From Desulfotalea psychrophila LSv54 (lineage in GTDB: Bacteria > Desulfobacterota > Desulfobulbia > Desulfobulbales > Desulfocapsaceae), in NCBI RefSeq assembly GCF_000025945.1, contig NC_006138.1, positions 1,320,001 through 1,352,000 of the forward strand: a stretch of DNA of 32,000 nt, given 5' to 3'. The notes under the pieces were generated by a model. That model saw only the letters and a program-made list of their open reading frames with translations, was not told where the DNA came from and did no database searches. Below, one piece after another: positions 8,213 to 16,670 of this stretch. The position numbers and the translations under genes were made by a program. Position 1 is the first letter of the stretch. The number at the start of each line of letters is the position of its first letter.

Positions 8213-9196
8213 TTATTTTCCAATCATTTCAAGATATTTGCGTCCATTCTTTACGTTCTTGGTAAACCACGTATAAACGGGTGTCATAGCGTTTTGAAAC
8301 TGAGCTGATTGCTCAGAAGAGAGCTCACTCACCTCGACACCACCGGCTTTGATGGTATCGAGAAAATCTTGGTCACGTTTTTCAAGTAAATCAAGTTGGT
8401 AGCTTGCAGATTTTTTAGCTGAATCCTTGATAAGCTTTTGCTGATCAGCTGTTAATCGATCCATAAGATTCTTATTGATTACCATTCCATAAGCAAGAAA
8501 TGCGTGATTGGAAAGAGTCATGTATTTCTGTACTTCGTAGAGTTTCATTGTGGCAATTCCCACAAGAGGGTTTTCTTGACCATCAACAACGCCTTGCTGA
8601 AGAGCATTGTATAGCTCATGAAAATCAACAGGGACAGGGCTTGCTCCAAGTGCCTTGAATTGCTCACGAATCACAGGAGAAGGCATGACGCGAATCTTCT
8701 TGCCTTTGTAATCGCTTGGCTGATGAATTGGGAAGTTTCCTGTGAGTTGCTTAAAACCCATTCCCCAATATGTTAAACCGACCACATTATTATTCTTGAG
8801 TGTTGCAAAAAGAGCCTTACCAAAATCACCATAAATTTCGTTATAGAGCTCTTCCTTAGAGGGAAATAAGAAAGGCAGGTCAAGAATCTGGAATATAGGA
8901 GAAATGACCTGTATTTTAGACGTTGGCACAGCAATCATCTCAATAGCGCCTGCCTGTACCATTTCTACCATCTGAATGCCAGAACCAAGGAGCTGATTTG
9001 GGTAAACAGTAACTTCTATGTCACCATTTGAGCCTTCCTCGATAAGCTTCTTAAGATATAATGCTGCTTTGTGATGAGGGCTTGTCTCGATTTGATCATG
9101 TCCAAATCTTATTTTAATTGTCTTGGCAGATACAGCTGTACATGCAAACATCATGACGCAAACAGCACATAGAATACTTCTGATGATTTTATCCAT
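8213..9196 (-). CDS. dctP: TRAP transporter substrate-binding protein (DctP family)
   Basis: Signal peptide; KIRFGHDQIETSPHHKAALYLKKLIEEGSNGDIEVTVYPNQLLG; GKKIRVMPSPV; NALQQGVVDGQENP. Confidence 0.95.
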   Translation of the reverse strand: MDKIIRSILCAVCVMMFACTAVSAKTIKIRFGHDQIETSPHHKAALYLKKLIEEGSNGDIEVTVYPNQLLGSGIQMVEMVQAGAIEMIAVPTSKIQVISPIFQILDLPFLFPSKEELYNEIYGDFGKALFATLKNNNVVGLTYWGMGFKQLTGNFPIHQPSDYKGKKIRVMPSPVIREQFKALGASPVPVDFHELYNALQQGVVDGQENPLVGIATMKLYEVQKYMTLSNHAFLAYGMVINKNLMDRLTADQQKLIKDSAKKSASYQLDLLEKRDQDFLDTIKAGGVEVSELSSEQSAQFQNAMTPVYTWFTKNVKNGRKYLEMIGK

Positions 9197-9336
9197 CCCA
9201 TTTCTCCATGGTAATATATTGATATAGTAATAAAAAGAGGATGCACCCTATGGGGTAAGTATAAAATAGTCAAATAGTGATATCCTATTACAACGCTCCG
9301 CATTATCAGCTACTTGTGTTTACGGAAATAATAAAG

Positions 9337-10110
9337 CTATTTACGCAAAAAATAAGTGGTGTCCTGTGGCTTTTCATAATCAAGACCTTGCTTTTGAAAA
9401 CGCTCCTCTATCATATTTTTTCGTAGCTCAGGTTCAACTGAGCCTACGGTTTTTGCTATGCCCTCTAGAAGTTTTTCAACTTTAGCAAATGGAACTCCTA
9501 TGCCAAGTTCATGATCATCCCATTTACATGCATAGCGCGTATTTGCACACAATGGAGAGAGGTGAAGAGAATCAGTCAACCATGGTTTTGCTACGCACTC
9601 AGAACATATTCCACGGTTGCCCGTTAACAGGAACTGATGTGCTCCTCCGAAGAAATATGCCCATCCTTGAACAATTCGCATGGCTTGATAAGCGTCTACT
9701 ATAAGTAAAAGAATAGAGGGATTGAATGTGGTTTCGGATAAAGGAGAAGTGCTTAAACCCAAGCAAGGGGTAGGGAACTTTGACATTGATGCCTGGGCTT
9801 TCTGGGCAATATCTATATTCGAATAAAGTCCCATAGATACAAGCGCTTGGCTGGCATCTGTAGCCGAAACAGACGATCTAAAGCCAAAAACGTCTGCAGC
9901 CCCGAAACATTTTACGCCTTCTTTGTCTGTTTTACGTGATCGACCAGTTGTTGCCAATCGTACCATGGCACAAAACGAGAGTGGCGTCGTGACCTTCATT
10001 TGTGGCCAGGCATCAAACTGGTTCTGGTCCTGTGTTAGGCTAACTGCAACTGGCCTTCTTGATAACCCAAGTAAACAGGTTAGTTCATCTTCTATTTTTT
10101 TAAAATCCAT
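9337..10110 (-). CDS. DUF169 family protein
   Basis: N-terminus LTCLLGLSRRPVAVSL, cysteine motifs (SFCAMVRLA, ECVAKPW) and AYFFGG match the DUF169/COG2043 family pattern. Confidence 0.75.
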   Translation of the reverse strand: MDFKKIEDELTCLLGLSRRPVAVSLTQDQNQFDAWPQMKVTTPLSFCAMVRLATTGRSRKTDKEGVKCFGAADVFGFRSSVSATDASQALVSMGLYSNIDIAQKAQASMSKFPTPCLGLSTSPLSETTFNPSILLLIVDAYQAMRIVQGWAYFFGGAHQFLLTGNRGICSECVAKPWLTDSLHLSPLCANTRYACKWDDHELGIGVPFAKVEKLLEGIAKTVGSVEPELRKNMIEERFQKQGLDYEKPQDTTYFLRK

Positions 10111-10142
10111 ACCGACTCTCTATTTTTTATGGATTAACTGTT

Positions 10143-10395
10143 GGTTTTTTCTTAAATAAATTTGCTTTGAGCTGATGAATTTTTTTAGTCTATTCATGGG
10201 CGTTAAATGCTTCAACGCTTTTGCGGAGGGCTGATCATAAACAAGCTGGGCGTGATGTCAACACTTTGAAATGATAGTAGAGTGTGCAGTTGGGATTGCG
10301 AGAAGGCTACAGTAAAAGTCCCTTGTCGGTTTTGTGCTAACATCAGCTCTGTTGGGGATAAGGGAAGTGCAGGACCATTCGGTGCTTGGTTGTTG
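10143..10395 (-). repeat. Degenerate copy of the 13475-13710 repeat (transposase 3'-end remnant)
   Basis: AATAAATTTGsTTTGAGCTG, ATGGGCGTTAAAT, GCTTTTgcGGAGGGC, ATTGCGAgA.GGCTACaGTAAAAGT, TCAGCTCTG blocks appear in the same order at both loci. Confidence 0.6.
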
Positions 10396-10435
10396 TCGCC
10401 TGAAGCGGTCGTTTTGAGCGATCTTTTGCAAGATG

Positions 10436-11155
10436 TCAGGCGATACTCCGGTTAATCTCTTCGATCAACCCTTCAATCTCGCTGAGATTGCTGATGACTT
10501 GCCCGGCCTCACCGCCGCCCCCGCGATTGAGCCATACGGCGTGGCAACCGGCGCTCTTTGCCCCGTTCACGTCGTCCCAGAGTTGGTCACCGATATGGAG
10601 GATTGCCTCAGGGCTAAGATGCAATTGGCGACTCGCCTCGCGGAAAATCTCTGGATCCGGTTTCTCAATGCCTATTTCGGCGGAAGAGACTATAGCACCC
10701 AGTTGATGAAAAATCCCAAGTTCCTGGCAGAAACAGGCCAGGCCTCTTGGCCAGTTGGAGATCACCCCGAGCAGTAGGTCTCGGCTACTCAGTCTATCCA
10801 GTACTTCAATTACTTCTGGATAGAGCTGAAAATAGCCAGGACTGAAGATATCGCGAATGGCCTCTGTATGTCTGCTCAGCTGGTTGAATCCGTCTGTAGA
10901 GACATCTGTCCTCGTGAACAAACGGCGGGTAAATTCCTGCCAAAATAGTACCTTGTCGTACTCTGACAGGTTGGGCGCGTAGGCATCAGCGTAGTACTCA
11001 AAGATGTCATAGATGACATCATGTTGCCATGGTGCTGCCTGTAGTCCCTGCCCCATCAGATAGTGCATGTACGCTTTGCCTCTACTTATGTCGTTTCGGC
11101 AATGGATCAGCGTTTCATAGAAATCAAAAGTTACTCCTTCGATCTGTTTCATCAT
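10436..11155 (-). CDS. HAD-superfamily hydrolase (HAD-IA, phosphoglycolate phosphatase-like)
   Basis: Motif I variant VTFDFYETL, motif II GVISNW, motif III/IV IEKPDPEIF and HIGDQLWDDVNGAKSAG; GAGGAG RBS. Confidence 0.9.
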   Translation of the reverse strand: MMKQIEGVTFDFYETLIHCRNDISRGKAYMHYLMGQGLQAAPWQHDVIYDIFEYYADAYAPNLSEYDKVLFWQEFTRRLFTRTDVSTDGFNQLSRHTEAIRDIFSPGYFQLYPEVIEVLDRLSSRDLLLGVISNWPRGLACFCQELGIFHQLGAIVSSAEIGIEKPDPEIFREASRQLHLSPEAILHIGDQLWDDVNGAKSAGCHAVWLNRGGGGEAGQVISNLSEIEGLIEEINRSIA

Positions 11156-11881
11156 GCTCCTCTGTGCCTTTTTTTGCCATTATTCCACCTCAGGGTATAA
11201 TTGATAGAGGCCAGAGCTGGCTTTCTCCTATTGTCTATTACACCCGAAAATCTCTCATTGTTTTAAACACTTATTACGTACTCTTTCCATTTTTATAGTT
11301 TCTTATGTTGGCCAAGCAAGAATGATGCGAACAGCGAGTCGGTGGATGCTTGAGATTTCACCACTGGCAGCCGAGAACACGAAGTTTTCGTATGAGATAA
11401 AAAGAGTTGCTTTGTAGGGGCTGTTGCAGTTTTTTTTCTCTCCACCACTCCGCTTCACTGCTGTCCTTTTTTTCGTTTTTCTCGCTACTCCTCTCACTTT
11501 TAATTTTTTAGGCAGTGGCAGTTTACCAAAAAATCTCTGTGCCCTCTGTGGTTAACTTTTTTCGCTTTTAACTGACAGCTGATAGCTGTACTTCTCTCGC
11601 CATTCCGCTCCGCTTCACTGCTACAGCTATGCCGAACCGACGAGGCACGAGTAAAACTGAAACGACTTCACCGAAACTTTAAGAGTTATGCTGTACTAGG
11701 CTGCTGTCTATAATGTGATTGATGGATTGCTGAAAAAGTGTTGCTAAAGTAATGGTTTGACGTGTTTTTCATGGCTAAGCCTTGTTTTAGGCCTATTGTT
11801 TCGCTAGAATTAAGGTGTGACTCTTTTATAGAATTGTCTCTCAAATAGTGAAAAAAACCAACCCCAAAAAAATACCATAAA

Positions 11882-12145
11882 ATGGTAATTCAAAACGGTG
11901 ATAATGACATGACCAAACACTTTGAGGTGAAGTTTCACGAGCACTATGTAACAAGTCTGGCTGATATCTGTATCAATATGAGTAGTGGTTCCGTTCACTC
12001 TATGGCTACAGAATGTACGGAAAAAGAATTTAACCAATACATTAACGGCCTTATCAGTGATCTTGAGCGAATTCGACAAGAAGGAAACGAGAAATTTCTG
12101 GCAGCAAAAAACGCATCCAGAGGAAGGGGGTCAAGTCTTACCTGA
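11882..12145 (+). CDS. Small hypothetical protein
   Basis: 87-aa ORF (possible start ATG 11909, MTKHFEVKFHEHY...), protein-like composition with a plausible helix EKEFNQYINGLISDLERIRQEGNEKFLAAK; weak RBS. Confidence 0.4.
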   Translation: MVIQNGDNDMTKHFEVKFHEHYVTSLADICINMSSGSVHSMATECTEKEFNQYINGLISDLERIRQEGNEKFLAAKNASRGRGSSLT

Positions 12146-12308
12146 AATGGGGCCATACCATGCGCCCGCCAGTTTTAAATGCAATGGGCTCAGCAGCTAC
12201 ACTCTTTCGGACTCGTTAACTGGTTGATTCGTTATACAGAACTGATAAACTGCTTGGATTTATAGGCTTATTTATTTGAAAAAGTGCTGACGGTGGATGT
12301 ACATTTGA

Positions 12309-12680
12309 ATGAACACGTTCCTTGATTATTTTTTTATCATATTTCATGGTGGCCTGGTTATATTTAACCTGACAGGTTGGGCGTGGAGAAGGACACGACG
12401 CATACATTTGCTGACTATTGGCCTGACTGTCTTGTCCTGGTTCGGGATAGGAATATTTTACGGATGGGGCTATTGCCCCTGTACGGACTGGCATTGGCAG
12501 GTTAAGCATGAACTCGGAGCAACTCACCTACCGAATTCATATGTCAAATACTATGTAGACAGGCTGACAGGATTGAGCTGGGACTCTTTGCTAGTGGATG
12601 CGGTAGTCTTGACTCTGGGCGTTTTGGCATTTGTTCTGTCATCTTGGCTCAATATCCGGGATCATCGTTCTCAACGATAG
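12309..12680 (+). CDS. Small integral membrane protein, DUF2784-like
   Basis: MNTFLDYFFIIFHGGLVIFNLTGWAWRRTRRIHLLTIGLTVLSWFGIGIFYGWGYCPCTDWHWQVKHELG...; TM layout and CP(C)TDWHW motif resemble DUF2784. A decayed copy exists at 5846-6115. Confidence 0.7.
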   Translation: MNTFLDYFFIIFHGGLVIFNLTGWAWRRTRRIHLLTIGLTVLSWFGIGIFYGWGYCPCTDWHWQVKHELGATHLPNSYVKYYVDRLTGLSWDSLLVDAVVLTLGVLAFVLSSWLNIRDHRSQR

Positions 12681-12884
12681 GCGGCACGATGATTCATTGT
12701 TGCAGTAGATCGCAGGCTTTCCTATAGGCAGCAAATTCGGCTTTGAGGGGCAGTCGTTTTTGCCTCCAGTTTTTGGGCCCGCGCCTGATTCAGTCTATCC
12801 CACCCCCTACATTGATCAGTTTCTTCGGCCATTCCTCAATAAGCAGAGGGGCAGGCCTTCGAATCGCCTCGGATCACCAGTTAG

Positions 12885-12919
12885 GGCACTTACGGTTTCG
12901 ACTGTAAGCGCCTTTTTTT
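12885..12919 (+). terminator. Rho-independent terminator
   Basis: GGCACTTACGGT-TTCG-ACTGTAAGCGCC stem (one A/C mismatch, one G/U) followed by TTTTTTT. Confidence 0.8.
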
Positions 12920-12950
12920 GTTCTGGGGTAGGGGGCACCAGGGTACAATG

Positions 12951-13193
12951 CTATAAGAGCCAATCAATATTGTCTCTATGAAATTCTTGACCTGCTATCT
13001 GTTGGGAGAGCTCTTTTCTTCGGTCTTTAGTCAAATGGGCACATTTAGTGAAAAATTTTTCTCTACAGGTTGTGCTTACAAAATAACAACCGCAAGTAGG
13101 GCATTCAATTTTATACTGAATTTTATCGGTCGCACGAGGAGTAGTGATCTTCGCAGTTTTTAAACAAATAGAACATTTAAAAGGATTATCCAT
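12951..13193 (-). CDS. Small zinc-ribbon protein, hypothetical
   Basis: ATG at 13193 preceded by GGAGGG; MDNPFKCSICLKTAKITTPRATDKIQYKIECPTCGCYFVSTTCREKFF.. with CxxC...CxxC. The upstream part of the 116-aa track ORF is probably not translated. Confidence 0.65.
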   Translation of the reverse strand: MDNPFKCSICLKTAKITTPRATDKIQYKIECPTCGCYFVSTTCREKFFTKCAHLTKDRRKELSQQIAGQEFHRDNIDWLL

Positions 13194-13399
13194 TTTTTCC
13201 CTCCTTTTTTCAAAACTCGTCATACGACCTGACGAGCATTGGCAGTGTCTGCCCAAATGCCTTAAATTGCTCCTCTCATCACAGGAATTACCCTGTCGCA
13301 TCAGCTTAACTGCTTAATTATAGGTTATAAGGAAGAAATAGTGTAGGACGGAAATGATGGTCGTTGGTGCACTCCTTTGCAAGGAATGGCTGTAGGTGT

Positions 13400-13700
13400 T
13401 TAGGATGGCAGGAGCATATGGGAGATATCCAGTTTTGGATAATAATTTGTTGTCTTTTTCCAGGTGCTGGATTCTCGACGATTGATTGGTCTTTTTTTTA
13501 ATAAATTTGGTTTGAGCTGCTGAAACTCTTTTAGCTTATAGATGGGCGTTAAATACCCCAATGCTTTTTGTGGAGGGCGATTGTAAATAAGATGGTCGTG
13601 TTTCAACTTATTGAAATGATGTCATAATGTGCTTTTCGGATTGCGAGATGGCTACTGTAAAAGTTTCTTGTCAGTTTTGTGGTAAGGTCAGCTCTGGTAA
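13400..13700 (-). pseudogene. C-terminal remnant of an rve/integrase-core (IS3/IS481-like) transposase
   Basis: HLIYNRPPQKALGYLTPIYKLKEFQQLKPN matches the C-terminal YNxxRPHxALGYLTP signature; no catalytic core upstream. Confidence 0.65.
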
Positions 13701-13787
13701 AGGAGCAACGGGTATCGGCGATTTCGCTGCTTGGACTGCCGCAAAATCTTTCAGTTAGATTGATCTTCCTTCCGTGTTGAGCCCATA

Positions 13788-13890
13788 CTATAGTGCGAGG
13801 AGAGGCTGATTCTGTTCCCCTATGCTGGGGCTGATCCTCAATTCCTTACAGGCACTTATTGACGCCACCCCCCGGGGCACCCCCTGGATA
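13788..13890 (+). pseudogene. Fic gene 3' fragment, copy A
   Basis: GAGGCTGATTCTGTTCCCC..TATGCTGGGGCTGATCCTCAATTCCTTACAGGCACTTATTGACGCCACCCCCC aligns to fic 5175-5265 (..ADSAPFISFMLGVILDSLQLLIDDTPQ..). Confidence 0.65.
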
Positions 13891-13904
13891 GGGAGAAAAT
13901 CTTA

Positions 13905-14200
13905 GGGGAAGGATATTTCAGAGCCAACTGCTAAACCATTTTCCTGCAGGAATATCTTCTGCTTCTCTGTTGTCTCGAGGCGCTCAGCAGTGCCCTGCTG
14001 AATTTTTGGATGAGCTGAACAACTGTTCCCTGCCATTCACTACCCTTCGCCTGTCTCTTAATATGCACATCGATTTGCAAGTTCTTTTCACTAAGTTTCA
14101 GACCTGCTATGTCATCAACCCTTGGTACCTCCGACATATCCAGTAAGTCATGAAATTCCTGGATCAAAAAAGGATTTGTTAAAAATCTATTTTCAAACAT
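13905..14200 (-). pseudogene. Frameshifted paralog of the 15794-16144 gene
   Basis: MFENRFLTNPFLIQEFHDLLDMSEVPRVDDIAGLKLSEKNLQIDVHIKRQAKGSEWQGTVV is collinear with the other copy. A 1-nt loss after GTVV shifts the frame; the other frame restores ...QENGLAVGSEISFP*. Confidence 0.65.
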
Positions 14201-15000
14201 TCTTTTCTCTCTTTTGTCAGTAACGAATAAATTATTATCGAGAAACTGGATATCTGCCCATAAGGCTGATTGTTGCCTGCTCCAGATTGCATTCCATCCT
14301 TACGATCAGTTGAAGCGTTCACTGCGGTTATTATCAAGAAAGTCATATAAAATCAAGGAGTTTTGGTTTGGTGAAAAGAGAAAAAAGCAGCTAACCACAG
14401 AGATCATAGAGGACACAGAGGGGATTAATTAAAGAGCAGCAGCGAGCGACAACGAGTAGCGAAATTAAGCTGACAGCTATCAGCTATTAGCTAACAGCTT
14501 GATTTCACCCCATTGGCACGAAGCTGAGCAGTGGGAAGTTGGCGGCAATAGAGTTTGAGCTGTTTGAGTTAGTCTTTTCCTATCTCAAAGAGCGGACAGC
14601 TGATCCGATCATTTCGGCGGTCTCGGCTTCCGTTAGGGAGTTATCTGAGGTTTGCGGTAGGTCAGATTAACAGGGGCAGCGCCTGGCCTTTTTCCTCCAG
14701 ATATGCATTCATAAAGGCCTTTTATTCCTCCCTGTATGTAGCCCATGACTCTTTCTGGAAAGTTTGTCGACAATCCGGGCAGCGAAACCTTTGATGTCCA
14801 CTACTTTCCTTACCGTGCCGTAAAGCCGACACTACCTTTGCTGTATCCATGTCATAACCTAAAAAGCACCCTATCCCCTCGCCTTAAAGTGCTGGAGCGA
14901 CTGCCCTGCAGCTTTACTTTCAGGCTAACAAATTATAATATAACATATGATGGCTTCGGCTGAAAAGAGACCAAGATTTGCTTAGATGGAGGTAATGCCA

Positions 15001-15510
15001 ATGAGAAGACTCACTTTAATAGGTGCAACAATTTTTACTCTGGTAATGTGCATCTCTTTACCTGCTTTTGCCGATTCTCCCAATAAGGAGATACGTGAAG
15101 CTCAAAACAGATACGGGGGGCAGGAACGACAAGATCGCAAAGATTATAGGAAGATGGAACGGCAAGAACAAAAACATTATAAGGACATGAAGCGGGAGGG
15201 ACGCAAGCATCGTAAGGAGATGAGGAGGGATTCCCGTAGGGGCCCGGATTACGGCAGATATCGTGGCTATAAAAAACGCCCCTACGACAAACATCGTTCT
15301 TACAAGCACCGCAATTATAGAGGACATCGGTATGATTACCGTGGCCATTGGAGATCCTGGGATGAGTGGGATAGATATGCGAGAAAGAATCCACAGCTCT
15401 ACAAAAATGGCAGATACTACGGCAGGTACTACCGTGAAGATTCCCATTTAATGTTCAGACTCTGTGAGCCTGGCACAGGCAGCTGCATCTTTTTCTCAAT
15501 AGGAAGGTGA
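15001..15510 (+). CDS. Secreted, highly basic Arg/Lys/Tyr-rich protein, hypothetical
   Basis: GGAGGT RBS 8 nt before ATG 15001; signal peptide MRRLTLIGATIFTLVMCISLPAFA then RQDRKDYRKMERQEQKHYKDMKREGRKHRKEMRRDSRRGPDYGRYRGY... Confidence 0.8.
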   Translation: MRRLTLIGATIFTLVMCISLPAFADSPNKEIREAQNRYGGQERQDRKDYRKMERQEQKHYKDMKREGRKHRKEMRRDSRRGPDYGRYRGYKKRPYDKHRSYKHRNYRGHRYDYRGHWRSWDEWDRYARKNPQLYKNGRYYGRYYREDSHLMFRLCEPGTGSCIFFSIGR

Positions 15511-15664
15511 TCAGCAGTAGGTGGGGAGGCGCAGCTTTAGGTGAATGTCGAACAGGCTCAGTCGCTTGATGTGCACCGTCCCTGCACTTTCGTTGAGCCG
15601 TGCCCTTCCTCCGTGTCCCGTCTATGCTATCTCGCATAGTGCGAGAAGAGGAGGATTAGGCTCC

Positions 15665-15770
15665 GCCCCCCCCTCCTCTGCTGGGACTGATCCTCGATTC
15701 TTTACGGGCCAATATGGTGGTCATCCCCCAGTCCCCCCAAGTCAAAAAGATTTTAAAGCGGAATTAGAGG
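15665..15770 (+). pseudogene. Fic gene 3' fragment, copy B
   Basis: CTGCTGGGACTGATCCTCGATTCTTTACGGGCC...CCCCAGTCCCCCCAAGTCAAAAAG encodes PLLGLILDSLRANMVVIPQSPQVKKILKRN*, related to fic MLGVILDSLQ...TPQVTPQVGKLL. Confidence 0.6.
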
Positions 15771-15793
15771 GGGGGAGGGCCCTCGTCTCTTCT

Positions 15794-16144
15794 CTAGCTT
15801 GGCACCTTTGCTCTACCCCTGGATAGGGAGAAAATCTTATATTCAGGAAAAGATATTTCAGCACCAACGGCTAAACCATTTTCTTGTAAAAATATTTCCT
15901 CCTCCTTTGTTGTCTCAAGACCTTCTGCAGGGGTTCCTTGCTGAATTTCCGGATGAGATGAGACAACTGTTCCTAGCCACTCGCTACTCTTTGCCTGTCT
16001 TTTAATATGAACATCGATCTGTAAGTTGTTGTCATTAACTCTTAGGCTTGCTATGTCATCAACCCTTGGCATCTCTGACATATCTTGTAAGTCATGAAAT
16101 TCCTGGATCAAAAAAGGGCTTGTTAAAAATCTATTTTTAAACAT
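15794..16144 (-). CDS. Small uncharacterised protein (intact member of a duplicated pair)
   Basis: GGAGAG RBS before ATG 16144; MFKNRFLTSPFLIQEFHDLQDMSEMPRVDDIASLRVNDNNLQIDVHIKRQAKSSEWLGTVVSSHPEIQQGTPAEGLETTKEEEIFLQENGLAVGAEISFPE...; protein-level conservation with the copy at 13905-14200. Confidence 0.7.
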   Translation of the reverse strand: MFKNRFLTSPFLIQEFHDLQDMSEMPRVDDIASLRVNDNNLQIDVHIKRQAKSSEWLGTVVSSHPEIQQGTPAEGLETTKEEEIFLQENGLAVGAEISFPEYKIFSLSRGRAKVPS

Positions 16145-16670
16145 TCTTCTCTCTCCTTTGTTAGTAACGAATAAAATATTATCGAGAAACTGGATGTCCG
16201 TCAATAAGGTGATGGGTGGATTGTTACCTGTCCAGAAAGTAGTTCTCCCTCACGATCAAATGAAGCTTCCATAGCGGTTATTATCAATAAAACGATATAA
16301 AATCAAGGAGTCTTGACCTGAGCACAGCGAGTTTTCAAACTCTCGGCAAGCGTGAGGTGCAGAGGGTAGGGCGTCGTGGTGGCCGGGCTCTTTTCCTTCG
16401 TTTCTTTTGAGCAAAAAAAATGAATAATCAACTTTCCTTTTCTGCCAACCAAATTATTTCCAGTATTATCCCATGGATCCTGAAAAATTACCTGTCTTGG
16501 CGTGGATAGCCTGCTTCAGCCATTAGACAAAGCCAGATTCAGCGCATACACTGAATCTATCCACAGAGGTATGTGGGACTGAGAGTATTATGTCAGTAGA
16601 GGTGTGGGCTGGCATGAGGTGGTGAGCTTAAGCAGTGAAGTTCTGAAAACAGAGAACATATGCAGAGGAA

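Noticed and set aside
10433-10777. Plus-strand ORFs (114 and 72 aa) over the HAD gene
   Set aside because: Antisense to a well-supported HAD hydrolase.
11810-12079. 89-aa minus ORF overlapping the 11882-12145 small gene
   Set aside because: No motifs; the plus-strand frame has more protein-like composition. Neither is strong.
15035-15451. Antisense ORFs (119 and 129 aa) and alternate plus ORF over the basic secreted protein
   Set aside because: Arise from compositional bias of Arg/Tyr codons; the 15001-15510 frame has RBS and signal peptide.
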